From positions 128,053 to 192,052 of the IMG/VR virus record IMGVR_UViG_3300045988_176357: a stretch of DNA of 64,000 nt; one strand, 5' to 3'. A program made the position numbers and the translations under genes. Shown here piece by piece: positions 38,843 to 49,262 of this stretch (within the stretch, counting starts at the first letter, position 1; every line of letters starts with the position of its first letter). Under the pieces are notes generated by a model that saw nothing but the letters and a program-made list of their open reading frames with translations, ran no database searches and had not been told where the DNA came from. Origin of the DNA: a virus.

Positions 38843-39721
38843 ATGAGAGTACTGAAAAGTAGACCGATGACAGGATTCAAGGCAGTACAGTCCGATATGG
38901 CTGTCGACAATCCAAGAAGAATGGACGTCGGAACTGTGTACTCAACGAAATCTATGGCGTTGGCAGATCACAGTATGTTCTGTTTCGATGAGGAACTTGA
39001 AGACGCTGTGCGTGCATGCCTGTACAGTACGGCATTTAAGGTGTACAGATGCAAAGTCTGGGGCACAGTGCTGGATGTTGAAGGTCGCAAAATCGCACAG
39101 CACATACAGCTGGAATGCGAGTTGTCTATGCGCAAGCTTCTTAAATTGTGCAACAAGGGCGCAAGCAATTTAGGTCTCCATAACAGCGGCAGCTTCAATT
39201 TCGGAGACTGTAATGATGGCAACCAGAATTACGGGGACCACAATTTCGGCAGTAACAATGTAGGAAGCTACAACGATGGAAGCGGCAACTGCGGCAGTCA
39301 TAATTCCGGTAACTACAATTTAGGCAGCTACAATGCGGGCGGTGGATGGAATGCTGCCTGTCACACAGAGAGTTGCTTCTTTACAACAAAGAGTCATGTT
39401 GCGTTCAGGTTCTTCAATAAGCCGTACAGGGATGCCAGCATTACTGTACACACGCCTGATTTTCTTAACATCAGACCTGCTGTGTGGATTCCAGGTAAGT
39501 ATATGACTGACAAACTCAAAAGGCTTATGCCAAGAGGCGCGGATGTAGGCGGCTGCACTGTGTACTTTGACTACAAGACAGCCTTCATGAAGTCCTTCGC
39601 GGACGCCAGACGCAAACCTGACTGGCCCAAGCAACGCCAGATGCTGCTGGATCTGCCAAATTTCGACGCAAAGATATTCGAGGAGATATCAGGCATCAAG
39701 GAGGAGGAACTTGGATTGTAA
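38843..39721 (+). CDS. NxGxx repeat protein with a divergent N-terminal domain
   Basis: Repeats plus the conserved C-terminus. Confidence 0.5.
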   Translation: MRVLKSRPMTGFKAVQSDMAVDNPRRMDVGTVYSTKSMALADHSMFCFDEELEDAVRACLYSTAFKVYRCKVWGTVLDVEGRKIAQHIQLECELSMRKLLKLCNKGASNLGLHNSGSFNFGDCNDGNQNYGDHNFGSNNVGSYNDGSGNCGSHNSGNYNLGSYNAGGGWNAACHTESCFFTTKSHVAFRFFNKPYRDASITVHTPDFLNIRPAVWIPGKYMTDKLKRLMPRGADVGGCTVYFDYKTAFMKSFADARRKPDWPKQRQMLLDLPNFDAKIFEEISGIKEEELGL

Positions 39722-39737
39722 CAGAAAGGAGAACAAA

Positions 39738-40082
39738 ATGAAAGCAGCAGATCTCGACACAAAAGAAGTAACAGTAACAGTAACACTGTATATCTTGAAC
39801 GAAAAGGTCTTCGAACTGGACGGGTGCCCGGACTGGGCTCAATGGGCTGCTGTAGATAAGGATGGCAGTGCATACTGGTACGAGGATGAGCCGGAAACAG
39901 ACTGCGTCTACTGGACATCTGCGTATGAATGTAGCCGCTCCAAGTGTATTGTCGACATATCCTTTGATGCTACCAATTGGCAGCACAGCCTTATCAAGCG
40001 ACCTGAGAAGGTACTTGAGGTTACCACAGCGGACATTGAGAAGAAGTTTGGTTGCAAAGTGAAAATTGTAAAGGAGAAGTGA
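39738..40082 (+). CDS. 'CPDW' family small protein
   Basis: DGCPDWAQWAAVDKDG. Confidence 0.5.
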   Translation: MKAADLDTKEVTVTVTLYILNEKVFELDGCPDWAQWAAVDKDGSAYWYEDEPETDCVYWTSAYECSRSKCIVDISFDATNWQHSLIKRPEKVLEVTTADIEKKFGCKVKIVKEK

Positions 40083-40083
40083 A

Positions 40084-40815
40084 ATGACAGAAAGTAAATC
40101 AGAATTGCATTTCGTACGTATCAGAGAGAAAGACTCCAAAGAGCCGTTCTGTGATCCGTATGCGGACATCAAGTTTGTTGTTACGTCTTTCTTTAAGGAG
40201 CTGCCTCAGTTGTATGGAATCAAACTGCAGCCTGCCGAGGACAAGATAGACTACTTGAAGGCATGTCTTAAAGTGTTTCTCACCAGGTTGGAAGAGGATC
40301 CGCAGCCGGTCAAGGCACAGCTGGAAGCCTTTATTGCAGCAATGCAGAAGGCGTTTACTCCTGCCGAGATTCTGTTCTTCGGAGAGGAGTTCCTGTCCTA
40401 TGTGTTCTGCACCTTTGTGCTCCATTACAGACGCGACGCAAAGGTGGATAAACCGACCACTATGCGGCTCGCAAGCCTGCTGCTCACGCTGTCGGGATCC
40501 GTACCTGCTGATGTGTGGGCACGCATGATGAACGGTACACAGGAAGAGCTTAAAGCCAAATTGGAGTGTGCGGCCTCACATCTGGAAGAGGTGCGTGCAG
40601 AGTGTGTAGAAGACGCCTCGAAGACCATTCCTGACATCAAGGATCTGGCAGCTCAGGCAATGGGCGCTACAGGAAGCCAGAAATGGGAAGATGTTGCGGC
40701 AGCATGCGACAAGTATGTACAGGAAGCTGCAGAAGATGACGACAAGGTTATTGCAGCTGCACTCGCGTATCCTGACTATCCTACGCCGTACTTTGAGGTC
40801 ACAAAAGATGCTTGA
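40084..40815 (+). CDS. hypothetical protein
   Basis: ORF. Confidence 0.45.
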   Translation: MTESKSELHFVRIREKDSKEPFCDPYADIKFVVTSFFKELPQLYGIKLQPAEDKIDYLKACLKVFLTRLEEDPQPVKAQLEAFIAAMQKAFTPAEILFFGEEFLSYVFCTFVLHYRRDAKVDKPTTMRLASLLLTLSGSVPADVWARMMNGTQEELKAKLECAASHLEEVRAECVEDASKTIPDIKDLAAQAMGATGSQKWEDVAAACDKYVQEAAEDDDKVIAAALAYPDYPTPYFEVTKDA

Positions 40816-41431
40816 GATGTTGTTGCAGAAACTGAAGATCGCGCGCGAAAGCAGTTCGCGTGTTGTCTTCTGCTATAAGTATGTCTGGTCCCGAATCGAC
40901 GACTATGTGTCACTGACCAATCTGAGACTGGAAGCAATACAGGTCCGCGACGGCAAGGTCTTCCATACACAGGCCGCTCCAGTGCTTGATGTGAACCATG
41001 GTAAGCCCAGAGTCGCATTCGCAGATTCCGGTATCGTGCAGGTCACCTCAGGACCCCGATCGAACATTGTCTTGAGAGAACGTCTGCTGCACGCCAACGA
41101 GACAGCAGCTCCGGTTCCCTTTTGTGGAACCAGGGAAATTACAGAAAGCAGCGATGAGAAGGATCTTCAGGTAGTCTATGACTTCCTGACATCCGCAGCC
41201 TTTCCTGGCGTGGATATGCGCATGCCGCAGTTGTTCCGGATCACGAAGAACCCTGAAAGGCTGCGCCTGAACATCACACCTGACTTGCTGCAGGCTCTTG
41301 ATCTGGATCCCGGAACACCCAGTAAGGAGATACAGGATGCGTTCCTGAACAAACTGCCTTCCATTTCAGCGCAGACATCCGAAGGATACGTGTTGCCGTT
41401 CAACGTGTGCCGCATGTGTTTCACATGCTGA
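40803..41431 (+). CDS. hypothetical protein
   Basis: ORF. Confidence 0.4.
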
Positions 41432-41442
41432 CCAGCACACAA

Positions 41443-43010
41443 AGGACTCCTTGGCGCGTGAGCGCCATTGAACAAGAAAGTGAATTGCTGGAACACCTTA
41501 ACGGGTCATGCCGAAGGCAATCAGCAGCCGAGCTTATGGATGCCCAGACCGGGCGCCGTGAGAAGGTTCATCGACTATCCCGGAAGGGAGTACCCGAGCA
41601 GCCATGTGACCGGCAGGTCACGAAAGCAAGGGGAAGCACTCTGGCTCAGGAATGAGTCAATGATATAGTCAGTGCGCTTATGGAAACATAAGGAGTGGTC
41701 AGGAGTGACAACCTGAAACCTGCTACTGGGCGGCAACCGGTAGTGAACAGAACCATGGTCTCAAAATAGCAACATTATTTTGACGTTTTGATTTTCATAA
41801 AGGTGATGTATATTATCTGTATACAATAAGGAGCGCCATGTACAGAGCCCATAAGATACGCATAGATTGCACAAAAGAGCAGCACAGTCTGTTAATGCAG
41901 ACTGCAGGCTGCGCTCGTTATGCGTACAACTGGGGACTCGAGAAGTGGGGCAAGCAGTACGAAGCCTGGAAGGCTGATAGCAGCTTGGAGGAACCCAACT
42001 GGGTTAACATATCCAGACAGTGGACACAAGAGAAACCTGAATGGGCAAACAAGACAGCACGCAGTGCTGTTACCTGCTCACTGCGTAATCTCGGCACCGC
42101 CTTCAAGAACTTCTCAAGGCGCAAAGCAAAGTACCCGAAGAGGCATAAGAGGTCTCAAGGAATCTCCTTCCAGCTTGGAAACGATACCTGCAGTATCGAA
42201 GGCAACCGCATCAGGCTGCCTATCATAGACTACGTAAAGCTCCGTGAGACTCCACGATTCCAAGGCAAGATAACAGGCTACACAGTGCAGCTCATCGCTT
42301 CCCACTGGTACGTGACAGTCGCCTTCGACTGTCCAGACGTCCCCAAAGAAGCTCCAGAGTCCGTCGTCGGTATCGACGTAGGACTCCAGCACCCGGCTGT
42401 AGCCTCCGATGGAACAGTACTCCAGCTCCCTCTTGAGAAACTACAGAAGCTCGAAGCCAAACGGCGCAGAGCTCAGCGAGCCCTTTCAAGGAGCAAACGC
42501 AATTCCAATGCGCGAGAGCGCAAGCGTGATAGACTCCAACGTATACAGCAGAGGATCACCAACATCCGACAGGATGCAGTTCACAAGTTTACGACTGCAG
42601 TGTGCAAAAACCACGCCACTGTAGTCACCGAAGATCTGGACATAAACGAGCTCAAAGACAAGGCCCCCGCACGTTCAGTGCGCAGAGCCTACAACAGCTC
42701 CCTTATGGGACTCATTTTGTTCCAGATCTCGTACAAGGCGGTGCACCACGTAAAGGCACCCAAGTTCTTCCCGAGCACCAAGAGATGCTCAACTTGTGGA
42801 CACATTAAGGAGGCCATGCCTCCGCAAATCAGAACATACCATTGCGACCACTGCGGAGCCCATCTCGACAGAGATGAGAACGCAGCTCGCAACTTGATGT
42901 TGCAACCGTGGGTCACACGGTAAGAGGCGCGGTGATGGTACAGGCAGCGTCAGCTGCAGGTACCAGATGATCCGCGAAGACAGTCCGGTGCAACGCCGGA
43001 TGAGATCATG
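41443..43010 (+). mobile_element. IStron copy 4 (subfamily 2), apparently intergenic
   Basis: Hairpin ggcgc-gtga-gcgcc then the core; right-end hairpin atccgg-tgcaacg-ccggat + gagatcatg. Confidence 0.65.
41838..42923 (+). CDS. tnpB: TnpB, intact, 361 aa
   Basis: OrfB N-terminus; zinc finger. Confidence 0.85.
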   Translation: MYRAHKIRIDCTKEQHSLLMQTAGCARYAYNWGLEKWGKQYEAWKADSSLEEPNWVNISRQWTQEKPEWANKTARSAVTCSLRNLGTAFKNFSRRKAKYPKRHKRSQGISFQLGNDTCSIEGNRIRLPIIDYVKLRETPRFQGKITGYTVQLIASHWYVTVAFDCPDVPKEAPESVVGIDVGLQHPAVASDGTVLQLPLEKLQKLEAKRRRAQRALSRSKRNSNARERKRDRLQRIQQRITNIRQDAVHKFTTAVCKNHATVVTEDLDINELKDKAPARSVRRAYNSSLMGLILFQISYKAVHHVKAPKFFPSTKRCSTCGHIKEAMPPQIRTYHCDHCGAHLDRDENAARNLMLQPWVTR

Positions 43011-43119
43011 ACAGTGACTGGGTATATGCAGGCGGCATGATCGCTGCAAGTATAACAGGCATCGGCAAGCATAAGCCTAAGGTACTGTACACCAGAGGTA
43101 TGGACTTCTTCCGTAACTG

Positions 43120-43761
43120 GTGCGCCGCAAAACAGTGGAGTATCCAATGCTGCTGACAGAGTTGTTCGATACATGGGGAACCAAGCCTCTGCTGATGACG
43201 ACTGCGACCAACGGCTTGACACCCGGCAAAGACAAGCTGCTTGGGGTCTGTGTCAAGGACCCTGAGTTCAGCTCAGGTGACAGGCTGCTGCTCAACTACA
43301 CAACAGGCGTAGAACTTCAGCAGTCGTCGAAGTTTCATGGCATCAGTCAGCAGGACATGCAGAGCGCAGGCTTGCAGGAAGCCCAGTTCAAAGACGAGTT
43401 GGACAAGCTGCTATCAGAGAACAGCGTCGCGGTACTCACTTATAATGTACCTTTCCAGAGCAGCTTCTTAGGCGAATGTCTTCCGGAACTGGAAAGCTTG
43501 CCCCTCTATGACCTGACGATCATCGAGAAGGCAATCAGAAACGCCTATGCCTTCGACACTGAAGAGCTGGCGACGTTCAGCTCTTTCTACGCTGCCTGCT
43601 GCCACGCGGCTATGCCTGTACCTCTGGCTACACTGTGCAGGAATCTGAAGATGACTCGACAGCCTCCGCCAGGACAGCTTCCAATGGAACGGATGCTGGA
43701 CGTTTTGCAAGCGCTTTACAACGTAGCTTGCCTTGAAGATATTTCTGTGCTTCCGAGTTGA
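43120..43761 (+). CDS. DnaQ-like (DEDD) exonuclease-fold protein with substituted catalytic residues
   Basis: MTTATNGL in place of FDTETTGL; YN in place of HN; Exo III YDL retained. Confidence 0.35.
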   Translation: MRRKTVEYPMLLTELFDTWGTKPLLMTTATNGLTPGKDKLLGVCVKDPEFSSGDRLLLNYTTGVELQQSSKFHGISQQDMQSAGLQEAQFKDELDKLLSENSVAVLTYNVPFQSSFLGECLPELESLPLYDLTIIEKAIRNAYAFDTEELATFSSFYAACCHAAMPVPLATLCRNLKMTRQPPPGQLPMERMLDVLQALYNVACLEDISVLPS

Positions 43762-44260
43762 AGCTGGGAGTGACGAATCCTGTACCCAAAGCAGTCATCT
43801 ATATCTGCACCTGGGTACAGGGCTTAATGACAGGTGTGCAGGTCTAATCGATTTGCAGCATGCTGTCCTGTTTGTCAAAATTAACCCACAGGAATGTCTA
43901 TCCCACCGGACAATACAGAAGTACGAATCCCTAGCAGGCATCAAGCAACAGTGATTTGTCCGTGGCCTGATCAGCCGGTTTGACAAATTTGGTTTGAACC
44001 TACACGATGCAGCCGGACTTGGAAACTGTGCAGTTAGTCTGTGGTGCAGGTGTCACATAGTTGACCGATAACTGTACCATAGTCTAAGAGACAGAGGATA
44101 CCTGCTATTCGGGATACAGAGGGTATGAAGCTATCATCCCTTTAGTCGTTACTTCCTGCTTCTGTACGTGCGCAGCCTTATACTTGCTCAAGTCTATGCC
44201 GGATGAGACTGCGCCATCTTTAATTGAATACAATTTATGATACTACATAGGAGCTCCTAT
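43762..44260 (+). ncRNA. candidate retron msr/msd-type structured region (speculative)
   Basis: ORF-free ~500 nt directly upstream of the RT 5' exon; 10-bp inverted repeat cctgtaccca/tgggtacagg (43779-43821) and others. Confidence 0.2.
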
Positions 44261-44261
44261 T

Positions 44262-44360
44262 GTGTTGGATACATCTATCAGACCTCCGGATAAATGGAGG
44301 GCAGCAGCAATACCAAAGAAAGACGGATCGTTCAAAATATACTACATATTAGGTATACGT
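44262..44360 (+). CDS. retron-type reverse transcriptase, 5' exon (..AIPKKDGSF..)
   Basis: IPKKDGSF finger motif in a frame open from 44241; start codon uncertain (GTG or TTG). Confidence 0.45.
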
Positions 44361-45928
44361 AAAGGACGCCTTGGCGCGTGAGCGCCATTGAACAAGAAAG
44401 TGAATTGCTGGGACACCTTAACGGGTAATGCCGAAGGCAATCAGCAGCCGAGCTTATGGATGCCCAGACCGGGCGCCATGAGAAGGTTCATCGACTATCC
44501 CATATGGGAGTACCCGAGCAGCCTGGCTGCGACAGCAGCGAAAGCAAGGGGAAGCACTCTGGCTCAGGAATGAGTCAATGATATAGTCAGTGCGCTTATG
44601 GAAACATAAGGAGTGGTCAGGAGTGACAACCTGAAACCTGCTACTGGGCGGCAACCGGTAGTGAACAGAACCATGGTCTCAAAATAGCAACATTATTTTG
44701 ACGTTTTGATTTTCATAAAGGTGATGTATATTATCTGTATACAATAAGGAGCGCCATGTACAGAGCCCATAAGATACGCATAGATTGCACAAAAGAGCAG
44801 CACAGTCTGTTAATGCAGACTGCAGGCTGCGCTCGTTATGCGTACAATTGGGGTCTCGAGAGGTGGGGCAAGATGTACGAAGCCTGGAAGGCTGACAACA
44901 GCTTGGAGAAACCCAACTGGAAAAACATATCCAGACAGTGGACACAAGAGAAACCTGAATGGGCGAACAAGACGACACGCAGTGCTGTCACTTGCTCACT
45001 AAGCAATCTCGGTACTGCCTTCAAGAACTTCATAAGGCGCAAAGCAAAGTACCCGAAGAAGCACAAGAGGTCCCAAGGAATCTCATTCCAGCTTGGAAAC
45101 GATACCTGCAGTATCGAAGGCAACCGCATCAGGCTGCCTATCATAGACTACGTAAAGCTCAGAGAGCTTCCGCGCTTCCAAGGCAAAATCACAGGCTACA
45201 CAGTTCAGTACATAGCTTCCCACTGGTACGTGATAGTCGCCTTCGACTGTCCAGACGTCCCCAAAGAAGCGCCAGAGTCCGTCGTCGGTATCGACGTAGG
45301 ACTCCAGCAACCAGCTGTAGCCTCAGATGGAACCAAGCTAGAGCTACCCATAGAGAAGCTCCAGAAGCTCGAAGCCAAACGACGCAGAGCTCAGCGAGCC
45401 CTTAGCAGGAGCAAGAGGAATTCCAATGCGCGAGAGCGCAAACGGGCCAAGCTTCAACGTATACAACAGAAGATCATCAACATCCGTCAGGATGCAGTTC
45501 ACAAGTTTACGACTGCAGTGTGCAAAAACCACGCAACTGTAGTCACCGAAGATCTGAACATAAACGAGCTCAAAGACAAGGCCCCCGCACGTTCAGTGCG
45601 CAGAGCCTACAACAGCTCCCTTATGGGACTCATTTTGTTCCAGATCTCGTACAAGGCGGTGCACCACGTAAAGGCACCCAAGTTCTTCCCGAGCACCAAG
45701 AGATGCTCAACTTGTGGACACATTAAGGAGGCCATGCCTCCGCAAATCAGAACATACCATTGCGACCACTGCGGAGCCCATCTCGACAGAGATGAGAACG
45801 CAGCTCGCAACTTAATGTTGCAACCGTGGGTCACACGGTAAGATGCGCGGTGATGGTGCTTGTGACATTCGTCACGAGCTCCAGACGATCCGCGAAGACA
45901 ATCCGGTGCAACGCCGGATGAGATCATG
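44361..45928 (+). mobile_element. IStron copy 5 (subfamily 2) inside the RT gene
   Basis: ~93% identical to copy 4; same ends. Confidence 0.65.
44756..45841 (+). CDS. tnpB: TnpB, intact, 361 aa
   Basis: Near-identical to 41838. Confidence 0.85.
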   Translation: MYRAHKIRIDCTKEQHSLLMQTAGCARYAYNWGLERWGKMYEAWKADNSLEKPNWKNISRQWTQEKPEWANKTTRSAVTCSLSNLGTAFKNFIRRKAKYPKKHKRSQGISFQLGNDTCSIEGNRIRLPIIDYVKLRELPRFQGKITGYTVQYIASHWYVIVAFDCPDVPKEAPESVVGIDVGLQQPAVASDGTKLELPIEKLQKLEAKRRRAQRALSRSKRNSNARERKRAKLQRIQQKIINIRQDAVHKFTTAVCKNHATVVTEDLNINELKDKAPARSVRRAYNSSLMGLILFQISYKAVHHVKAPKFFPSTKRCSTCGHIKEAMPPQIRTYHCDHCGAHLDRDENAARNLMLQPWVTR

Positions 45929-46791
45929 ACAGAAGGTACCTGTTGATACCTAACGACGAACTGAAACAAAGACAAAGAGAAATCCTCGACTACCTGTACA
46001 AGGCGCATCTGAGAGTGCACGAGGCTGCTGTCGGCTTCATGCCGAACAAGTGTACTCTCAACGGCTGCTTGCAGCATGCTGCCGATGCACAGGTAATTAT
46101 CAACCTTGATGTACATGATTTCTTCCCCAGCTTTCCTGTAGATAAAGTCAGGTCAGTGTTGACAGCCCAGCTAGGCGCGGCAGTTGCAGACTACATTGTC
46201 GATATAGCAACTTTTAAAGGTAAGCATAGACAGCAGTTGCCTCAAGGTGCGCCGACTAGCCCGTATCTTACCAACATTGCACTTTACAAGTTCGATTGCA
46301 ATATGGCGGCAAATGCGAAACGCAGAGGATTCACGTATACGCGATATGCGGATGACATCACATTGGCGAGCAGCAGCGAGATGCGTGTCAACTACATCAA
46401 GACTCTGATTCACGGAACTGAAAGAAGGTTGCGTGCGCTCGGTCTTACGCTGTCCAGGAAGAAAACAAATGTCATATTCAGGAACAGTCCGCGTGTTCCG
46501 AGACGCATAACAGGGGTAACTGTTCGTAAGGATGGATTCGGATTCAATGCACCTATCGGCTTGCGCAAGCAGGCTCGGGCAATGATACACAACCTGTACA
46601 CAGCACTTAAGAGCGGTGTGCCTGCACAGGAACTTGTACCTGAATATCGCAGTGCAATGGGTACTGTGCAGTATTGCGACTTTATTCGCAGTGCCAGTAT
46701 TGTTCCTGAATGTGCAACAGCCGACCCGGCTATAAAAACACATGAACTCGAATATGTAAAGGGGGTCTTCCGTGCCTATAGACATTATTGA
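45929..46791 (+). CDS. retron-type reverse transcriptase, 3' exon
   Basis: Aligns with Ec86 RT: NLDVHDFFPS, QLPQGAPTSPYLTN, RYADDITL, ITGVTV. Confidence 0.75.
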
Positions 46792-47692
46792 TGGCAATAC
46801 ATCACAATCAGAAATACGCGTTGGCGAAATCTTCAAAGAGTATGGCAATGTAGCTATAAACTTTAATGTCAGCGGCTACCGGACTATGTCGCTTGACGAG
46901 TTCAGGAAGGACGTGCTGCCGTCTTTACAGCCAGCAAAGTGCAGCCAGGCTATGTCGTATTATGTAATACGCGACTTGTCGCACAAAACCTGCTATTGTC
47001 TTCTTCCTGACTGTGTCGAAGAATTCCGTGTCTCATCCTGGTATGAGATCACAACAGACAAGGTGAGAGAAAAGCTCCTGCAGGAAGCCGGACCAAGTGC
47101 AGAGACGGAAATTGTCTTTGACTTGCCTGTGCCTTTGCTCAAGTATCGGTACAATGAGACCTCATGGACCGCGATCGTAAAGATCCCGCATACTAAATTC
47201 ATGTACAGGTCGACATTGCTGGCAGAATGCATTGGCGACGGCATTCTCATCAACTTGCCTCCGTGTATCTTCAAAGTCAAAGCCAACAACAATGACGTAG
47301 TCCAGCAAGTCGCAGTATATGTCATTAAAGCAGACAGTGTTGTTTTTGACAACATCAAACTGGCACATTTGCCTTTACCGAACATATACAACGATGGCAG
47401 CGTGTGCATGGGCAGCACACGCATTGAGGATCAGGCTAGCATTAAGTCAAAGGGGCAGTTGGTGATGGCTGTATGGGATTTGTTCATCAACTCTAACTGG
47501 AACTTGGATCTGCTGACATCAAGTATATTGCCGGACAACTTGATCGACGTGTATGAGTCATTGCCAGTACATGCAGTAGATACAGGGTGCAGCGCCGGAC
47601 GTGTTTTGTCCTTGCTGCAGTTGCTGGATTGTCTGCACGACGATACCGCTTACCTTAATTTGAACTGGGCAGGTCTATATGTTCACGTCTGA
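46772..47692 (+). CDS. E2-like ubiquitin-conjugating enzyme homolog (C-terminal UBC-like domain)
   Basis: LPLPNIYNDGSVCMG matches HPN-x3-4-G-x-[IV]-C; start overlaps the RT stop by 20 nt. Confidence 0.5.
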   Translation: MPIDIIDGNTSQSEIRVGEIFKEYGNVAINFNVSGYRTMSLDEFRKDVLPSLQPAKCSQAMSYYVIRDLSHKTCYCLLPDCVEEFRVSSWYEITTDKVREKLLQEAGPSAETEIVFDLPVPLLKYRYNETSWTAIVKIPHTKFMYRSTLLAECIGDGILINLPPCIFKVKANNNDVVQQVAVYVIKADSVVFDNIKLAHLPLPNIYNDGSVCMGSTRIEDQASIKSKGQLVMAVWDLFINSNWNLDLLTSSILPDNLIDVYESLPVHAVDTGCSAGRVLSLLQLLDCLHDDTAYLNLNWAGLYVHV

Positions 47693-47933
47693 TCTGTTTG
47701 CACGCGCTCCCGAAGCTGCGTTTAGGCAAAGGGCAATGAAGCCGATCAGACAGCGCCCACTTAAGTACATCATCCTGTCCGGTACAGAGATTGATGGAAC
47801 CATGAGCGGTACCTTGATACGTAGCTTAGTCGTGCTCCAATTACGCTCGAAAAGATCAAAGGACGTTATGCGTGCTGTGCTGGAAGTACCAGTCAACGAT
47901 GACGGCCTTAACATTAAAACACTTGAAAACTGA
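47679..47933 (+). CDS. hypothetical small protein
   Basis: ORF within the cassette. Confidence 0.25.
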   Translation: MFTSDLFARAPEAAFRQRAMKPIRQRPLKYIILSGTEIDGTMSGTLIRSLVVLQLRSKRSKDVMRAVLEVPVNDDGLNIKTLEN

Positions 47934-47944
47934 AAGGAAAAACG

Positions 47945-48361
47945 ATGGTAAAAATCTACACTAAAGGGCACGATACTGTGCATCATCCTTCGCATTATGC
48001 AACACAGGCACTCCCATGTCACATAGAGTGTCAGGATATCAGGCGGCATTTACCGCAGGCGGTTGCGGACGCTTTCAAGTATGTATGGCGTTCCGGCTCA
48101 AAGGGCACACCTAAAGATGCAGAGACAGACATCAGGAAAGCCGTCTGGTATCTTGACGATTTCTTTGAGCACTTTACAGTCAGTCAGTTCGACTTCACAA
48201 CAGCAAAAGCTGTATTCGATCTGGTTGCCCTGGTATCACAGGAGACATGGCGAGCAGAGGCATTGACATACCTTGTACATGGCAAAGTCAATGAGGCACG
48301 TGAAGTTCTTGTGAAATATCTTGATGAGAAGGAGAAAGTTTATGCGCAGCAAAGTGTTTGA
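47945..48361 (+). CDS. hypothetical protein
   Basis: ORF within the cassette. Confidence 0.35.
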   Translation: MVKIYTKGHDTVHHPSHYATQALPCHIECQDIRRHLPQAVADAFKYVWRSGSKGTPKDAETDIRKAVWYLDDFFEHFTVSQFDFTTAKAVFDLVALVSQETWRAEALTYLVHGKVNEAREVLVKYLDEKEKVYAQQSV

Positions 48362-49262
48362 AACCGGCGGGTACATTTACATCGACAGCCCCAACGCAAA
48401 GGGCTGGCATCAATGCGAACCGGAAGAGTTCTTTGCCAACCAGCGTCCATACGATACAGAGCTCAACAAGGATCTGCTGAAGTGGACAGGCGCCAAAGTC
48501 GGAAAGGATCTGCTGCTGCAGGTAGCGGCACTGGCAAACTGTTTTCCCAGAATGGAAATCATGGTCTGCCTGTATTACAGCAGCGCAGAACAGAAGTGGC
48601 TGGCGAATGTACCTAAGCAGAAGGGTTCCGGTGCGCACGTCAAGTACGATGATGAGGATTTTGCGCCGCCGAAAGGCTACGAGTTCCTCGGCACCATACA
48701 CACTCATCCTGAAATGTCGGCTTTCTGGTCATGTGTCGATCGCAATGATCAGAACCGTAAGAACGGGTTGCATCTTGTACTCGGTCTGAGAAACGGAAAG
48801 ATCAACGAGGTCCTGTGCAGCCTGTTCTACAACGGTAAGCAGTACGATCAGCCTGATGCGTATGAGCTGCCTGCAGCGGATGACCCGCTGCCTGAAGTCA
48901 ATGAGGACTGGAAAGCGAAAGTGACCATACAGGAGCTTGCAGAACCTAAACTGAATATCATAAAGGACACTGACGCATTTCTCGAACCCAGATGGTTGCC
49001 TGATGCAGATGGCAGGTATAAGTTCAGTTACGACAGTGACAGCATCAGTCCATGCCTGTCAGACACAGCCAGTTACTTCGATGTTCTGCACGCTGCAGTC
49101 AAGCTCAATGAGCAACAGATGTATGATCTTTGTGGCCAACTGCTCGAGATACTTGGTCAACAAGAACTGGCCGACGAAGTTGATGTAGCAGCCTTTGATG
49201 CAGCTCTTGGAGATGAAGATGATACATGTTGTGAGGCACGGTATGATCAGGAATCCACTTAA
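48342..49262 (+). CDS. JAB/MPN (JAMM) metalloprotease-like
   Basis: HTHPEMSAFWSCVD matches HxHx7Sx2D. Confidence 0.65.
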   Translation: MRSKVFETGGYIYIDSPNAKGWHQCEPEEFFANQRPYDTELNKDLLKWTGAKVGKDLLLQVAALANCFPRMEIMVCLYYSSAEQKWLANVPKQKGSGAHVKYDDEDFAPPKGYEFLGTIHTHPEMSAFWSCVDRNDQNRKNGLHLVLGLRNGKINEVLCSLFYNGKQYDQPDAYELPAADDPLPEVNEDWKAKVTIQELAEPKLNIIKDTDAFLEPRWLPDADGRYKFSYDSDSISPCLSDTASYFDVLHAAVKLNEQQMYDLCGQLLEILGQQELADEVDVAAFDAALGDEDDTCCEARYDQEST

